A stretch of 64,000 nt of DNA. Source: Octopus bimaculoides. Its lineage: Eukaryota. A model generated the notes under the pieces. The model worked only from the letters and a program-made list of their open reading frames with translations. It was not told the origin of the DNA and ran no database searches. How positions within the stretch are numbered: position 1 is the first letter of the stretch; every line of letters begins with the position of its first letter. The stretch spans positions 16,199,937-16,263,936 of the forward strand of contig NC_068990.1 of the NCBI RefSeq assembly GCF_001194135.2. The letters run 5' to 3'. The position numbers and the translations under genes were made by a program. This document shows positions 36,712-50,761 of the stretch, in pieces.

Positions 36712-39204
36712 GTGAGTAATTGTTTATTAATTTTCATTGAAGTAGATTTCATTCTCTATTTCCTCTCTGTACTAATAAATATTGATCTCCATATAATAAA
36801 TAGTTACACTTATCTACACTATACTATTATAAACAGTGCTGCTTATTAATTAGTTTAGTGTATGTATCTTTTATTAAAAGAAAGCAATTATTATTAAAGC
36901 CTTCACTGTCTAGAAAATTCTTATAAATATCATTTTAATATTTTTTTTATCAAAATGTGGTTTTCAAGTTTCTTTCATCAATGAAAATTTCAACTTTGTG
37001 ATTTAATTACAAAACATAATTATCCTACTTGTGAGATAGTGTTTTTTTAGCATTTCTGATTATAGTTCTGGAAATTTAAAGGTTGCCTAATTATTTGAAA
37101 TGTATCTTTCTTCAGTTATATCATCTAAAATAAACATTTCTCCAAATTAACATGTAAAGTTCAATTCAGTGTCAACCAAATTATGTTGATTCCAGTATCC
37201 TTTCATTTTTGTTAGGTGTTGTTGAAGAAATAGAAATCAGAATAAGAAAATTTGTTTTACTGAAGTCCATTGCAAATATAAACTTGTATAACTGATTATT
37301 ATTGTCTTTTTGTTATTGTTTTCAGTAGTAATTTAGGTGATCAGTTGTAGTCTCTGTAGTGTTAAGTAAATAATATAAGCCTAATCCTAGATATGATGTT
37401 TTGGTGCAGGATCCAGATACCAACTAGACTTTAGCTAGTTTTCCATTTTAAGTTTCAGTGTTGTTTCCCTTGTCTTTGACAAGAATTATTTATGTGAATG
37501 GTTTGTTCTTCTGTTCATTATGAGTGTAATTTTACTCAGTCAACAATTATTTTGTGAGACTCAATGCATTAAGTACATCAGTCCTCTGTTAACTATGCAT
37601 CCTTCTCAAAGAAGGCATAATGAAAACATTTTCTGTGGCATTATTTTCAATTACCTAATCAGTGATGTTTTTTCACTAAAATCCTATATATCAGCATAGC
37701 TTTTACAAACGCTGGTGATTGTGAGTGACAGTGCTTTGTTGAGGAGGTCCAGTAACACTGAAATATATCTAAAGTTGTCACAGTACTTGCAAAAAAAAAA
37801 TCAGATTTTTTTCTCATTTTATGCCATCAGTTTTTATTTTGAAGTTGCTCCCCTTTCCTTGATAAGAATTATCATTAACATTAATTTCTATTTTTATTAC
37901 AGACATAAAATTAACTAATTATGTATTTTCTTTTTCTTTTGTGGGCTGGGAGTATCACTACATTGTGTTCACTTTTCAAAATATTCCGTCTTTTTTTCTA
38001 AATTTCTTAATTTCTAAAATATCACAGGATTTAGTAAAATCACTTTGTCATTATTAAGTTGGTATTTGGAATATAAATTAGCATGAAATTATAATAAAAG
38101 TTTTTAATTTAGATCACTTTAAAACAGTAAGTTTGTATCACAGAACCAGGGGTAGTCTCAGGTGGGTTAGTATCAAAAGGATTAAATATTTCTAGAATGT
38201 TCCCTGAAGTTTACTTGGTATCTATTAAAAATAATCTGCATTATTACTTAAAGAATCAGTCAATTTTTCTATTAGACTATTCTATGGTTTTGCTAACTTA
38301 AAATGTCAAAGTTGTTTGCACATTAGATTTAAAATTATCTTCAAATGGAGTTTGTATATATGTAGATTCATCCATTGCAATTTAAAGTTTAAGTTACTTG
38401 ACAAATCACTAGTATTTATAACTTTGTGTGTATTGTATTTGTATCCCTTGTTACAAATACTGGGTTTGAGTATTATACAGAGCATATGTATGTAGAAAAT
38501 AAAACAGAGCATGAGAGATTGTTTGTAAGAAATTTAGTTACACATTTTATAGACATCTTATGTAACTTTTGTACATAAGATTATTGGAATGAAAAGATAA
38601 CAGAATCCACAATTTTTCAGATGGATAGTGGCTTATGTATAGAAGCTACATGTCTCTGATGATTTGACAATATATTATGGTTGAATGTAGGATATTGGTG
38701 ATGGTTGTTGATGAAGTAGTAACATTAGTACTAGTACATCAGTGCAGTACATTCATTAGTACGGTGTGTTGAAACAGAAATGAAAAATCTTATAGAATAG
38801 AGATGTAATGATAGAAAAAATAAAGTTATGATAGATCATATGATAAATCCTAACTAAGATTTAGAGATTATCTGGGAAACCTGTTAGATTGTATATCTTC
38901 TTTAGATATAGTTGATAATCCTGATGAATAATGTGGAAAGTATGTGTGGAAACAACATTCTGTTGTGGAATGTTGAATCTTTTATCAGCTGTTTGTGGTT
39001 AAAAGTATCTTTAATTGTGAAGGGGAAGCTAAATCTTATTGGAACAGTTTTTACAAATTTCAGAACACAAAATTAAAAAAAAAACAANNNNNNNNNNAAA
39101 AAAAACAAAAGCCAAGACAAAAAAAAACAAAAAAACAAAAACAAAAAAAAAACTGTCCAGTATCTATAGTAACTGAGAGAAAGAGATGATGTTATACCAG
39201 CTCA

Positions 39205-40975
39205 AACGTTTTTCTTTTTCAATTAATTTTGAGAATAATGAAGAATTTGTCATTATTGAGCAGTTATTTGGAACATAAATTAATATGAAACTTTGATAAA
39301 AGCTTTTGATTTAAAGCACTTAAAAATTTGAAGTTTGTATCACAGGACCAGGAGTGACTTCAAGTGGGTTGATATCAAAAGGGTTAAAAGAATGGGACAG
39401 ATATGTTAGAAAAATGTTCCAAATATCATATTAAATTACACAATCTTCATTTCAATTCATTCTGAAAATAATGAATTTATTAAAATCATTATTAAGCTGG
39501 TGTTAGAAACTTAAATTAACATAACATTTTCTTGGAAAGTTTTTGTTAATTTTATTCATTTTGTTACTATATTTCTGTTGAAATACACTATTATTATTAA
39601 GCTGGTATTTGGAAGATAAATAAACATGGAATTTGATGGAAGGTTTAATTTAAATCAATGTAAAAGAGGAAGTTTGTATCATAGAACCGAGAACAATCTC
39701 AGATAGGTTGGCATTGCAAGGATTAAAGCAGAAATTTTGTATCATAGGACTAGAGGTGGCTTTGGGTGGGTTGATTGCAAAGGTCAGTTTTGGTTGATCA
39801 AAGATATGGGTTCGTCTCTTATATACAAGAATTAAATTAAGAACAAAAATAATTGTGTAGTCTTTTCAGCAGCTAATTAACCTCATTTATTTGTTTCTTC
39901 TAATGGTTTGTATGTGTCTGAGGGAGGAATTCTTGTTGAAACTAAATATTTTCTTCATCTGTCTCTGTATTTTGTAATAATACTGTTTCATTTATGAATT
40001 GTTGGGTTTCAGAAAAATCTCCAAGAAAATTCGTAAACAGATGTTACGACAAGAGAAAATGTTGGCCTGGTTCAGTAAAAGTGAACTGCAAAAGAATGGC
40101 ATCCGTAGCCCATCTGTCAACTTCCAGATGTTCTCTGGAGCTGATCTTGTTGAGCTTTGTGAACGACCAGAATTCAAATCTCCTTGCAAACCACGACAGG
40201 TAAGTTACTCTTGTTTCAGTCATAAAACATTGAAGAAATATATTTCATGCTTGAAATTAATACAACATGAAATGTTATAAAATATAATGAAATATATAAC
40301 GATGAAATGAAGGATGGCTTATCCGAATAGTTACGGTTATGATGTCAAAGCTCATATTTCAGGCAGTGACAAATGGATACCATTCTAACATAATGTTTGA
40401 ATGGTCAGTGCTAAGAGAGTTGTTGTTTTATGGAGAAAGTGTCATTGCTCCATGACATCTGCAACGTAACTTAGGTTTCACTTGTGGAAATATTCTTGGA
40501 TTTGTGAATTTGGTGAGGAGAGAGATGGATAAGATTTTTAGATTTAACTTTTTTTAAACATTTCTGTTGAAATAAACTGTGTTCATTTCAATAAGTTTTG
40601 AAAATAATGAAGAATTTAGTAAAATAGTTTTGTCATTATTAATCTGGTATTTGGAAATTTAATTATGAAATTTTGATGGAAGGTTTTAATTTAGATCACT
40701 TTAGAACAAGTTTGTATCATAGAATCAAGGCTGGCCTTGGGCAGTCTGGTAATAAAAGGGTGAAAAAGACCTAAAGATACATTAGAAAATGTGCCAAACA
40801 CTATATTTCTTCAATTAATCTTGAAAGTAATGAAGAATTTAGCAAAATAACTTTGTTGTTGTTAATCTGATGTTTGGTGTATGACATGAAATTTTAATGG
40901 AAGGTTTTAATTAAAACTACTTTAAAATAGGAAATTTGGACAAGTTTCGGGGAGGTTGATATGGAAAGGGTTAAA
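39205..40975 (+). mobile_element. Cluster of family A MITE copies around exon 9 (about 39205-39388, 39445-39780, 40550-40765, 40790-40975)
   Basis: Repeated body ttgaaaataatgaagaatttagtaaaata...gatggaaggttttaatttagatcact...aaagggttaa. Further copies occur at about 28150-28290, 28480-28593, 38020-38185, 42470-42630, 49065-49400 and 53695-53870. Confidence 0.75.
40013..40199 (+). CDS. Sulf1: Sulf coding exon 9 (start of hydrophilic domain)
   Basis: Acceptor gggtttcag at 40012. Reads KISKKIRKQMLRQEK...ELCERPEFKSPCKPRQ, resembling the Sulf ELCQ..YQTACEQPGQ segment. Donor gtaagt at 40200; 187 nt, phase 2 to 0. Confidence 0.9.
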
Positions 40976-41177
40976 AGAGAAGTAGCATTGGCCGAATTGT
41001 GTCATCTGCATCTCAGCAAGTTATGTGGTTATTCATTGAAAGTAATAATTGATCGAATGTTGCAGAATGGAAAAAATATGATCATTCCTTGTTTGTTTGT
41101 AGATTTAATTTTTTTGTAGATGTTTGTTTGTTTCTTAAAATTTTTTTTTTAATTTGAAATATTTATTTTTGTCAAAG

Positions 41178-41361
41178 GCCTGGGAATGTCGCTTTGAGAA
41201 AGGAACACCTGAAATATTTAGATGCCGTACAAATCGTCCAAGCTATATGCCAGGACTTCAGAATGATCCTGCTTGCATATGTCCTTCACCTCGACCCCGC
41301 AGCCAAGAGAAACTGGAACGTATAAACAATCGAAACTTCATCCGTTCCTACATTAACAGAG
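41178..41361 (+). CDS. Sulf1: Sulf coding exon 10 (hydrophilic domain)
   Basis: Acceptor tttttgtcaaag at 41177. Reads AWECRFEKGTPEIFRCRTNRP...CICPSPRPRSQEKLERINNRNFIRSYINR, with a W-x-C and C-x-C pattern as in Sulfs. Donor gttaga at 41362; 184 nt, phase 0 to 1. Confidence 0.88.
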
Positions 41362-42206
41362 GTTAGAAACATTTTGTATTGATTTAAAAATTTTTTTTCT
41401 TTCACAATATATTTTTAGAAACAATATATTTCATGGAAAACAATCCTCTCATTCTCATTGAATATCTGATCATTAACACTCTTAATTTTTTTTAGGTTAT
41501 ATTCTATAGATTATAGGCACAATTGTGGCTGTATGGTTAAGAAGTTTGTCTTTGTATGTATGTCTTTGTATCTTTGTTTCTCCCCCACCACTGCCACTTG
41601 ACAACTGGTGTTACTTTGTTTACATTTCTGTAACCTAGCAGTTTGGCAAAAGAAGCCAATAGAATAAGTACCTAAAGTCCATAGAAAGTGTAGATTAAAA
41701 AAATGATGATGAGGATGATGATGACAACGATGCATTGATGTGATTTTTTATGGTTTTAGAATATCAATATTAGACCATGTGCTTTCACATGATGATGATG
41801 AGCAACCACATAAATGGCATTTTAAAGAAAATTCAATATTCTAAAGATATGAACCATTCTTTTAATGTGTGTTTTCTGTATTGGTTTGGGTTGAATGGTT
41901 TGACATGAACCAACGAGCCAGTTGACTGCACTGAACTCCAATGTCTGCATGGTCAGCATGGCATGGTTTCTTCAGCTGGATGCTTTTGTTAATGCTAATC
42001 ATTTTACAGCATGTACTGGGACCCTTTTCTCATGGCACTAGTACCAGTGAGGTCACCAGGTAACTTGCAAGACGAAATTCCTCCACCAAGTGGGGGTATA
42101 CTCTTGAAGGAAGTAAAAATATGACAGAGGTGCAGGAACAGGTGTCTTGCAGAAGAGTACGCAGGAATGGGAGATGGTTAGGGTGTATCCTCAAGGTACA
42201 AAGTGA

Positions 42207-42259
<53 letters not shown>

Positions 42260-43019
42260 AAATCTTCATCATCATTTAACACATGCACACACACATATGT
42301 ATATATATATTGAGATAACTCATAAAAAAGAAAGGAGAAACAAGAAAATAGTTTTTATCAAATGATGATACTTCTTTCTGTAGAGGGGGCTACAAGACTA
42401 CTCATGTTTTAGAGGACAGGAAAGGAGTGATCATGGTTGAGCTGGAAGAGATAAGAGTTGTACTGATGAAGAATTTAGTAAAATAATTTGGTTGTTATTA
42501 ACTTGGATGTCTGGAACATAAATTAACATGAAATTTTAATGGAAGCTTTAATTGTGATCACTGACAAAAATGAAGTTTATATTTTAGAACCAAGAGTAGT
42601 GTCAAGTTGGTTGGCATCAAAAGGGTTATGAATATATTTGTGGCTGTGTGGTTAAAAAGCTTGTTTCCCAACCATATCACGTCGTGTTTAGTCCCACTGT
42701 GCAATTTCTTGGACAAATAAATGCCTTCTGCTATAGCCTCAGGCTGACCAAACAAAGTTTTGTGAGTGGATTTAGTTGATGTAATCTATAACAAGAAAAT
42801 TCACATACAGACAGAGAGCATTAACTTTACTTCAATTTCGTCATGGAGGGTGGACATTAAACGATGATGATGATGATGATGATAACATAGTTTATGTGTA
42901 GAGTCTGGTTGAAATATCTTCATCATTGGCTTGTGTCAAAACAATGTTAAGGTAGTAGTAGTAGTAGTAGTATATTAGAATCAACTTGAAGAGGATATAA
43001 GTATAGCATCAAATGTCAA

Positions 43020-43497
43020 CATGAAATACCACATGACTTTCAAACATTATCTTTGGCAATTTTCTCTTCTTTGGTACTTCTCTCTTATATCTTGTCTGTT
43101 TCTCTCTAGAAGTAAATTTCACTTCTCTCACATCTGTCTCTCTTTATTTGTCTCTTTGCTCTCTCTATCTCTCTGCTCTCTTTATCTCTCAACACTCCCT
43201 CTGTCTCCCTACTCTCTCTCTCTCTCTGTCCCTCTACTCTATCTTTCTGTCTCTCTACTGTTTCTCTATTCTCTCTCTCTTTGTCTCTTTTCTTTCTCTC
43301 ACTAATCTTTCTCTACTCTCTCTCTCTCTCTGTCCTCCCCATCACCTGACACAGGTCACTTTACCTCCTTATTATGAAATAGTCTGAGCCCCCCCCCCAT
43401 TTCCTATCAGCTGTGACTCCCTTCAGTTGTTTTACTTATCTCTGTCTATTTATTTGTTTTAGCAAAAACTAAACTTCTGTAAAACATTTCGGTGTTA

Positions 43498-43538
<41 letters not shown>

Positions 43539-43540
43539 TG

Positions 43541-43600
<60 letters not shown>
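43020..43600. repeat. (CT)-rich low-complexity tract plus compound (CT)n(TA)n(TG)n microsatellite
   Basis: Directly visible. Many other (CA)/(TG), (TA), (CAT) and (ATT) microsatellites occur across the window. Confidence 0.9.
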
Positions 43601-43611
<11 letters not shown>

Positions 43612-43989
43612 TGTCTGTGTTCCATGTTGGCATGAGTTGGATGGTTTGAGAGAATCCAATGTGTTGAAGGACTGTATCATGCTCCAATATCTGCTTTTGC
43701 AAGATTTCTGTGGCTGGATGCTATTTCTAATACCAGTCTCTTTACTGAGTGTACTGGTTATTTTTTTCTGTGTACCACCTGCCATATTGAGGTCACCCTG
43801 CAGTTTGCAGAACCACAAACCCTGAGGGAGGTGGGGGTGTCAGATTCATGATCGAGGACAGAAGGATTGAACTTTGAGAAGTAATGGGGGTGGGTGGCAG
43901 TGCTGGATCTTGTAGAGGTTCTGCATGACTATTCACATGTAGTAGGGGGAAGGGAGAGAAAGCAAAAAAGAACAGTAAGAGCTGCAAGA

Positions 43990-44570
43990 GATGAGGTGTC
44001 CCTCCAAGTGACCCTCACAAAGTGAAAGGTGAGTAGAATTGGTTTGCAAGGTTGTGTGGGAAAGAAAATGAAGAGATGGGGAAGCAGACTGCCAAAATGG
44101 GTAGTGCTTAAGAAGTTAATGATGATGAGGTAGATGGTAAATTGGAATTCTAGGATAGAGTAACAGGAGTTGAGGTGGTCTTATCCAGTCATCAATGAAA
44201 TGGTTCTATCATGCTGGGATAACTTTTGTGAACTGGGGGAAAGTTTGGGCCTCAGTGTATCCAATAAAGAAGTTGGCATTGTTAATACCCATCCTGGTTA
44301 CCTTGGTCATCACAGTAAACATTTTAGAAATTCCCAGCAGAGGGGAGGGGAAAAAAGGAATAATTAAGGTTGAGGATGAATTAAGAAGAGGAAAGTAGAA
44401 GAGTGTTGGACTTGAGCAATAGTACAATGGTCAAGTGAATATTTTAGAGTTAAGCAACTGATTGGAGTAGGAATGGAGGGACATGACAGTATAGAGAGAG
44501 ACTTTATGGGCCAAAGTAAAAAAAAAGCTGGCGGAGATGTGGAGGAAGGAGGAATGCTGGAGACAGATGT
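43990..44570 (-). pseudogene. Decayed Penelope-like reverse transcriptase fragment
   Basis: Frameshifted segments IKSL..IP...LTLKYSLD, ILNLNYSF, TRMGINNANFFIGYTE and HFIDDWI resemble the PLE RT motifs DIKSLYT, LTLNCFSF, GTKMGPNYANLFVGY and RYIDD. Confidence 0.6.
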
Positions 44571-45343
44571 GTTCAAAGTCACGGTTGTGTAAAAGAAGCT
44601 GGTCTAGGGGTTTGGAGATGAGTTCAATGGGGTTGTTGCAGACAAAAAAATAGGGTGACTGGGATTGTTGGTTTTATGAAACTTGGGAAGGAAGTTGATT
44701 GTGTAGCTTTGTTTTGTGCAGAGGCTGAGGTTATTTTCCTTCAGTAACACTACCTCATACATACATACATATTTCCCTGTACACACACACACACGCACGC
44801 AACAACCCTTTCACACCTTGTCTCTCTTAGCTGAATCACACATACACATCACATCCTTGTAACTTAACTCCCTTGGCATGGAAACACTCTTTTGTCAATA
44901 AAACCCCATTCTACTCCATTCCACCCCCATTAAATATTTCCCCCATGTAGTGGCCTTCATTGTTTTGTTTTTTCCTTAGAATTTTCTTCTTTTCCCTTCT
45001 CTGTTTATTCTTGATGATGGATCACTGACTAAAACATTGAAATCTCCTCTATTTCTTCTGTATAATGGAAAATTAATTGTTTTTTACTGTTACATGTTGT
45101 TCCTATTGCTAACCAAAAGAGGAGGAGAACTTGCTGTCAGTGAGGCAAGTAGAGAGATATAAGTGTCTTGGAATGGTAAGAAACAATGGTGGAGATAAAT
45201 GTTCTTAACCAGTGGTACCAAGACAATGGCTCTGAATATGATTTAAATTCCAGATCATGTAATCTCTCAGAAAGTACATTATACTGTGTAACTTGGATCT
45301 GATTTCAGATGTAGAATTTAACACCAACAGCTTAATGATTATG

Positions 45344-45383
<40 letters not shown>

Positions 45384-45720
45384 NNNNNNNNNNNNNNNNN
45401 NNNNNNNNNNNNNNNNNNNNNNNNNNNNNNNNNNNNNNNNNNNNNNNNNNNNNNNNNNNNNNNNNNNNNNNNNNNNNNNNNNNNNNNNNNNNNNNNNNNN
45501 NNNNNNNNNNNNNNNNNNNNNNNNNNNNNNNNNNNNNNNNNNNNNNNNNNNNNNNNNNNNNNNNNNNNNNNNNNNNNNNNNNNNNNNNNNNNNNNNNNNN
45601 NNNNNNNNNNNNNNNNNNNNNNNNNNNNNNNNNNNNNNNNNNNNNNNNNNNNNNNNNNNNNNNNNNNNNNNNNNNNNNNNNNNNNNNNNNNNNNNNNNNN
45701 NNNNNNNNNNNNNNNNNNNN

Positions 45721-45787
<67 letters not shown>

Positions 45788-46341
45788 TGTGTATTTGTGT
45801 GTGTGTGTATGTTTATATAATGTGTGTATATATTATATATGTGTATTTATAATTTATATATAATATATATTATATGTGTATATGTACATATAAGAGGTGC
45901 AAATATGGTTGTGTGGTTAAAAAGCTTGTTTCTCAGTCCTATTGTGCAGTTTCTTGAACAAATGCCATCTATTATGGCCTCAGGCTGACCAAAGTCTTGT
46001 AAGTGAATTTTTTCAACAGAAACATAAAGAAGCCTGTTGTGCGTATGTGTATACGCGTGCACATACGTGTATGATGGTTGTAAATGGGTATCACCATCTT
46101 ACATGGTTGTTTCCAGTCTTCTTTGAAAAATTGTCTGGTTATGGAGAAATATTACTTGGGAACAGGTTTGAGTTGATGACAGAAAGAGCATCCAGCTGTA
46201 GGAAATCTGTCTCACCAAATTCCACCTGACCCCTGCATCATGGACAACTGGATGTTAAATAATGATGGGAATTAAATTATTTTCGTATTTTCCACAATTC
46301 TTACAGTTTTAAACCTTTCAGTTCCAAACAATCCAGATCTT

Positions 46342-46705
46342 TACTAACATTATTATTATTCTTTATCTTTTACTTGTTTTAGTCATTAGACTGTGGCCAT
46401 GCTGGGGCACTGCCTTGAAGAATATTTAGTGGAATGAATTAACCCCAGTACTTATTTTTTTAAAGCCTGGTACTGATCCTGCCAGTCTCTTTTGCTGAAC
46501 CACTGAGTTACACACACACACACACACAAAACATATACAACAGGTAACAGGCTTCTATCAGTTTCCATCTACCAAATCCACTCACAAGGCTTTTGTTTGC
46601 TCGAGGCTATAGTAAAAAACACTTGCCCAAAGTGCCACACAGTGGGACTGAACCCAGAATAATGTGGTTAGGAAGCAAACTTCTTACTATGCAGCCATGC
46701 CTGCA
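46342..46705 (-). mobile_element. Family B SINE with CR1/L2-type tail
   Basis: Reverse complement of the head and tail of 33335-33776. Confidence 0.8.
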
Positions 46706-48035
46706 CCTACTATTACCATTTTCATTAGCATCTTCTTTCAATTCTGTTTCCATTTCTTGCCGAGTGTCTTTCTATTAATATTCTGCTGAGGTCAATTCTG
46801 CCTTTCTTCCTTTTGGGGTTGATAAATAAGTTCTAGTGAAACACTGGGATTGATGTGATTGATTGTCCCCTCCCCACAAAATCCAGGCCTTGGATCATCA
46901 TCATCATCATCATCATCACCATCACCACCACCACCACCATCACCATCATCATCATCATCATCAGTAAACTGTTGTAATTTATGATAGGTTCTTCAAATTC
47001 CAGTTTATTATAGCAAGAAATTCAAAGGTTAAAGCTTATTTTCACTACAAGCTTCTAAATTGTTGATTATTTTAAATACTAATTAAAACACCACAGAAAT
47101 ATACAGTGAAACCACTGCATTTCTTCTGGTCAGACGGTGCATTTGTGAGTAGGGAAGGTATTTCTTTAACGATGTTCTATATATGAATATAATTATGCCA
47201 GTTTATTATGCAGAGGTTTCCTTTTTACTGGCTGTGTTTTGTGAATGCATAGATGACTTCATCTTTGAATAAAGGATGGGAAGCTATTGGGATGTTGTTA
47301 GCTAATGAAAGAGAAGAGCTTTGAAGTAAATTAGATTCATTTTAGAATGTCTTCTCGAGTTACAAAGTATAAATATAACTCCCTCTCTCCCTCCCTCTCA
47401 CCCTCTCTCTCCCTCCCTCTCACCCTCTCTCTCCCTCCCTCTCNNNNNNNNNNNNNNNNNNNNNNNNNNNNNNNNNNNNNNNNNNNNNNNNNNNNNNNNN
47501 NNNNNNNNNNNNNNNNNNNNNNNNNNNNNNNNNNNNNNNNNNNNNNNNNNNNNNNNNNNNNNNNNNNNNNNNNNNNNNNNNNNNNNNNNNNNNNNNNNNN
47601 NNNNNNNNNNNNNNNNNNNNNNNNNNNNNNNNNNNNNNNNNNNNNNNNNNNNNNNNNNNNNNNNNNNNNNNNNNNNNNNNNNNNNNNNNNNNNNNNNNNN
47701 NNNNNNNNNNNNNNNNNNNNNNNNNNNNNNNNNNNNNNNNNNNNNNNNNNNNNNNNNNNNNNNNNNNNNNNNNNNNNNNNNNNNNNNNNNNNNNNNNNNN
47801 NNNNNNNNNNNNNNNNNNNNNNNNNNNNNNNNNNNNNNNNNNNNNNNNNNNNNNNNNNNNNNNNNNNNNNNNNNNNNNNNNNNATTATTTGAAAAAAGTT
47901 TCTCGACAGATTGTGGAGCGATTAAAAGGTTTAACTTCTCCCTTTCCATTACTGGCATGGATCAGATCAGTTCTCAAATTCAGATATTTTATATGTTGTT
48001 ATTAGAATAAGTATTTAGTATTATAAGGCAGGCTG

Positions 48036-48420
48036 AAAGGTGGTAAGTTGGCAGAATCGTGAGCACACTGGGCAAAATGCTTAGCAGTTTTTCATCCTTT
48101 TGGAGTTAATAAAATGAGTACCAGTTGAATACTAGGGTTGATGTAATTGACTTACCCACTACTCCAAGCTTGCTGGCTTTGTGCCAGAATTTGAAATTAA
48201 TATTAATGGTGAGCTGGCAGAATCATGAGCACGCTGGGCAAAATGCTTAGTGGCATTTCATCTGTCTTCACATCCTGAGTTCAAATTCTGCCGAGGTTGA
48301 TTTTGCCTTTCACCTTATCAGGCTTGATAAAATAAATACCGGTTGAACATCGAGGTCGATGTAAGTGAATTATCCCCTCTCCCAAAATTGCTGGCCTTGT
48401 GCTAGATTTGAAATCAATAT
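48036..48420 (+). mobile_element. Two tandem family A SINEs
   Basis: ggtaagttggcagaatcgtgagcac... at about 48040 and ggtgagctggcagaatcatgagcac... at about 48208. Other copies occur at about 4320-4490 (-), 35625-36030 (+), 51105-51225 (+) and 55630-55835 (-). Confidence 0.85.
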
Positions 48421-50701
48421 TATAGTCAGTTCTGATATCTAATTGTTTGTTCAAGATGTATGCATGGGTGTGTAGTTAAGAAGATTATTTCTCAGCCACA
48501 TGGTTTTGGGTTCAGTCTCACTGCTTTTCACCCTGGGCAAATGTCTTCTACAACCTCAGGTCAACCTAAACCTTATGAGTGTCTTTGATAGAAAGAAACT
48601 GAAAGAAATCCATCATATGTGTGTGTGTGTGTGTATTGTTGTTGAGAAAGATTGTGCAACATTTCGTGAAATCTGAACATGTTTTACATAGTTGAATGCA
48701 AGCAAAGGACATTAGCTCTATTGTTGTTTACAGTCAGTGAACACACAGGAAGACAAGGGGCCATATGAACTAACATGCATGCAAACACACACACAGCAGC
48801 TTTCTTCAGTTTCTGCCTACCAATTTCATCCAAAAGTTATTGGTTGGCTTATGGATATAGAATAGAATGCCAGCCAGTGATGTTCCCACAGTGGGACTGA
48901 ACTCTTAAGTGAACTTCTCAGTTGCATAGCCATGCCTGCACCTGTGTATTGTATGTATTTTTCTAATACTTCAATCATTTGCTAAGGTTCTGAGCTCTTA
49001 ACATTTCTTCTATATTTTTAAATTTTTAGACATCTATTGGTTTATTTTCAGTGAACAAGTTGTTAACCCTTCTGTTATCATGTTTCTGTTGAAATACACT
49101 GCCTTTATTTCATTTAAGTTTGAAAATAATGTGTTTAAATACAAAAATGACTGGATGGTCATGGCTTTGATGCCTTTGAACATAATTCTGCTTAAGCCAT
49201 TTGTTATCACAGCCTTTTAATTAATTTAGAAAATAATAAAGAATTTTGTAAAATAATTTTGTCATTATTAAGTTGGTGTTTGGAATATAAATTAACAAGA
49301 AATTTTGATGGGAAGTTTTAATTTAGATCACTTCAAAACAGGTAATTAGTATCAAGGAATAAGAGGCGTTGTTAGGCAGATTGATATAAAAAGGTTTAAA
49401 ATTAAAGGACATTAATTCTTTGCATCATCCAGTAGATTTTCAGTTAATTTTTTCATCCTGCTAATAAATTAAAATAGCAACTAACGAGTAGTCTCTAAAA
49501 AGGCTTGCCAGTCTGCCTCATGGTCCCAGTGGAGGAAATGGAAAAAGTGTTGCCCTGGAGGATGGCAAAGAAGATGTGCTGGAACAGCTACTCTGACTCA
49601 CAGGGCTTGCACTTGCAGTAAGCCATCTTTGTCCTGATAGCAGTGAACAGGGATAAAACATTTTCCTTGTTAAATTCTGTCCATCATTTATTTTTGTCAA
49701 TGTTTTCATCAAGGTGTAGGTAAAGTGAACAAGTTTGCTTTGCAACCATATTGTTTTGAGTTTAGTCCTATTGTGCCATATAGCTCTGGGTCAACCAAAG
49801 CCTTGAGAATGACTTTGGAGGACAGAAACTGTAGTAATTCTGTCATGTATATGTGTAGATATGTGGATATTGCTTAGTAGTTGTATACAAGTGATGCTGT
49901 CATACAGCTGGTGTCCTTTATTGACAATCTTTTGGTGAATCTGAAGAATGGGAACTGAAAGAAGCCTCTAATGTGTGTATGTGTGGCTCTTGATATCATA
50001 TTATAGTTGTAAACTAAAATCTTTACACAAGTGGTATTCTCTCCAGTTTGCTATGAAAGCGTTTCTGGCCATGGGGGAAACACTGCTTGGAAACAGGTGA
50101 GGGTTGGCAATAGGTAGGGCACCAAACCATAGAAAAGCTGCATAGAAAAATTCCTACTGACCCATGCAAGCAATGAAAAGTGGGTGTTAAAACTAATGAT
50201 GATGATAAGAGTTAAAAATTTGCAGCTATAAACTGTTTTTGATTTAGATTTACACACCAGTAATTTGCGTAATTGGAATCCAACACTTAATAGATTCGGC
50301 CTTTTATCTTTTCCTTCTTTTGAAATAACCAGAAATAAATTTGTTGGGGACATACAACTTCTACTTTTCTGTAGTCAACTAAACAAATTAATTAGTTCAG
50401 TTACCAAAATAAATAGGATTCAAATACGATTGCTTCACCTACTTTCCCAAATCACAAATCATATATTGGAAAGTACCTAGTTGAACTATATACTAAACTG
50501 AAATTAAAGCTGTCAGCTATTTATTGATTTTTATTGTTGTTCTCAAATATTGTTGTTTGTTATTAATTAGCTGTAGTTTTTCAGTTTTTCATGATACTAA
50601 GAGTACATCCACGCAGTTCCTTAACGTATGACTGTCATTTCAATCTTTTTTCTATTTACCCATTAATATAATAATGTCTCTAGCCTAAAGCAAATTTACT
50701 A

Positions 50702-50761
<60 letters not shown>

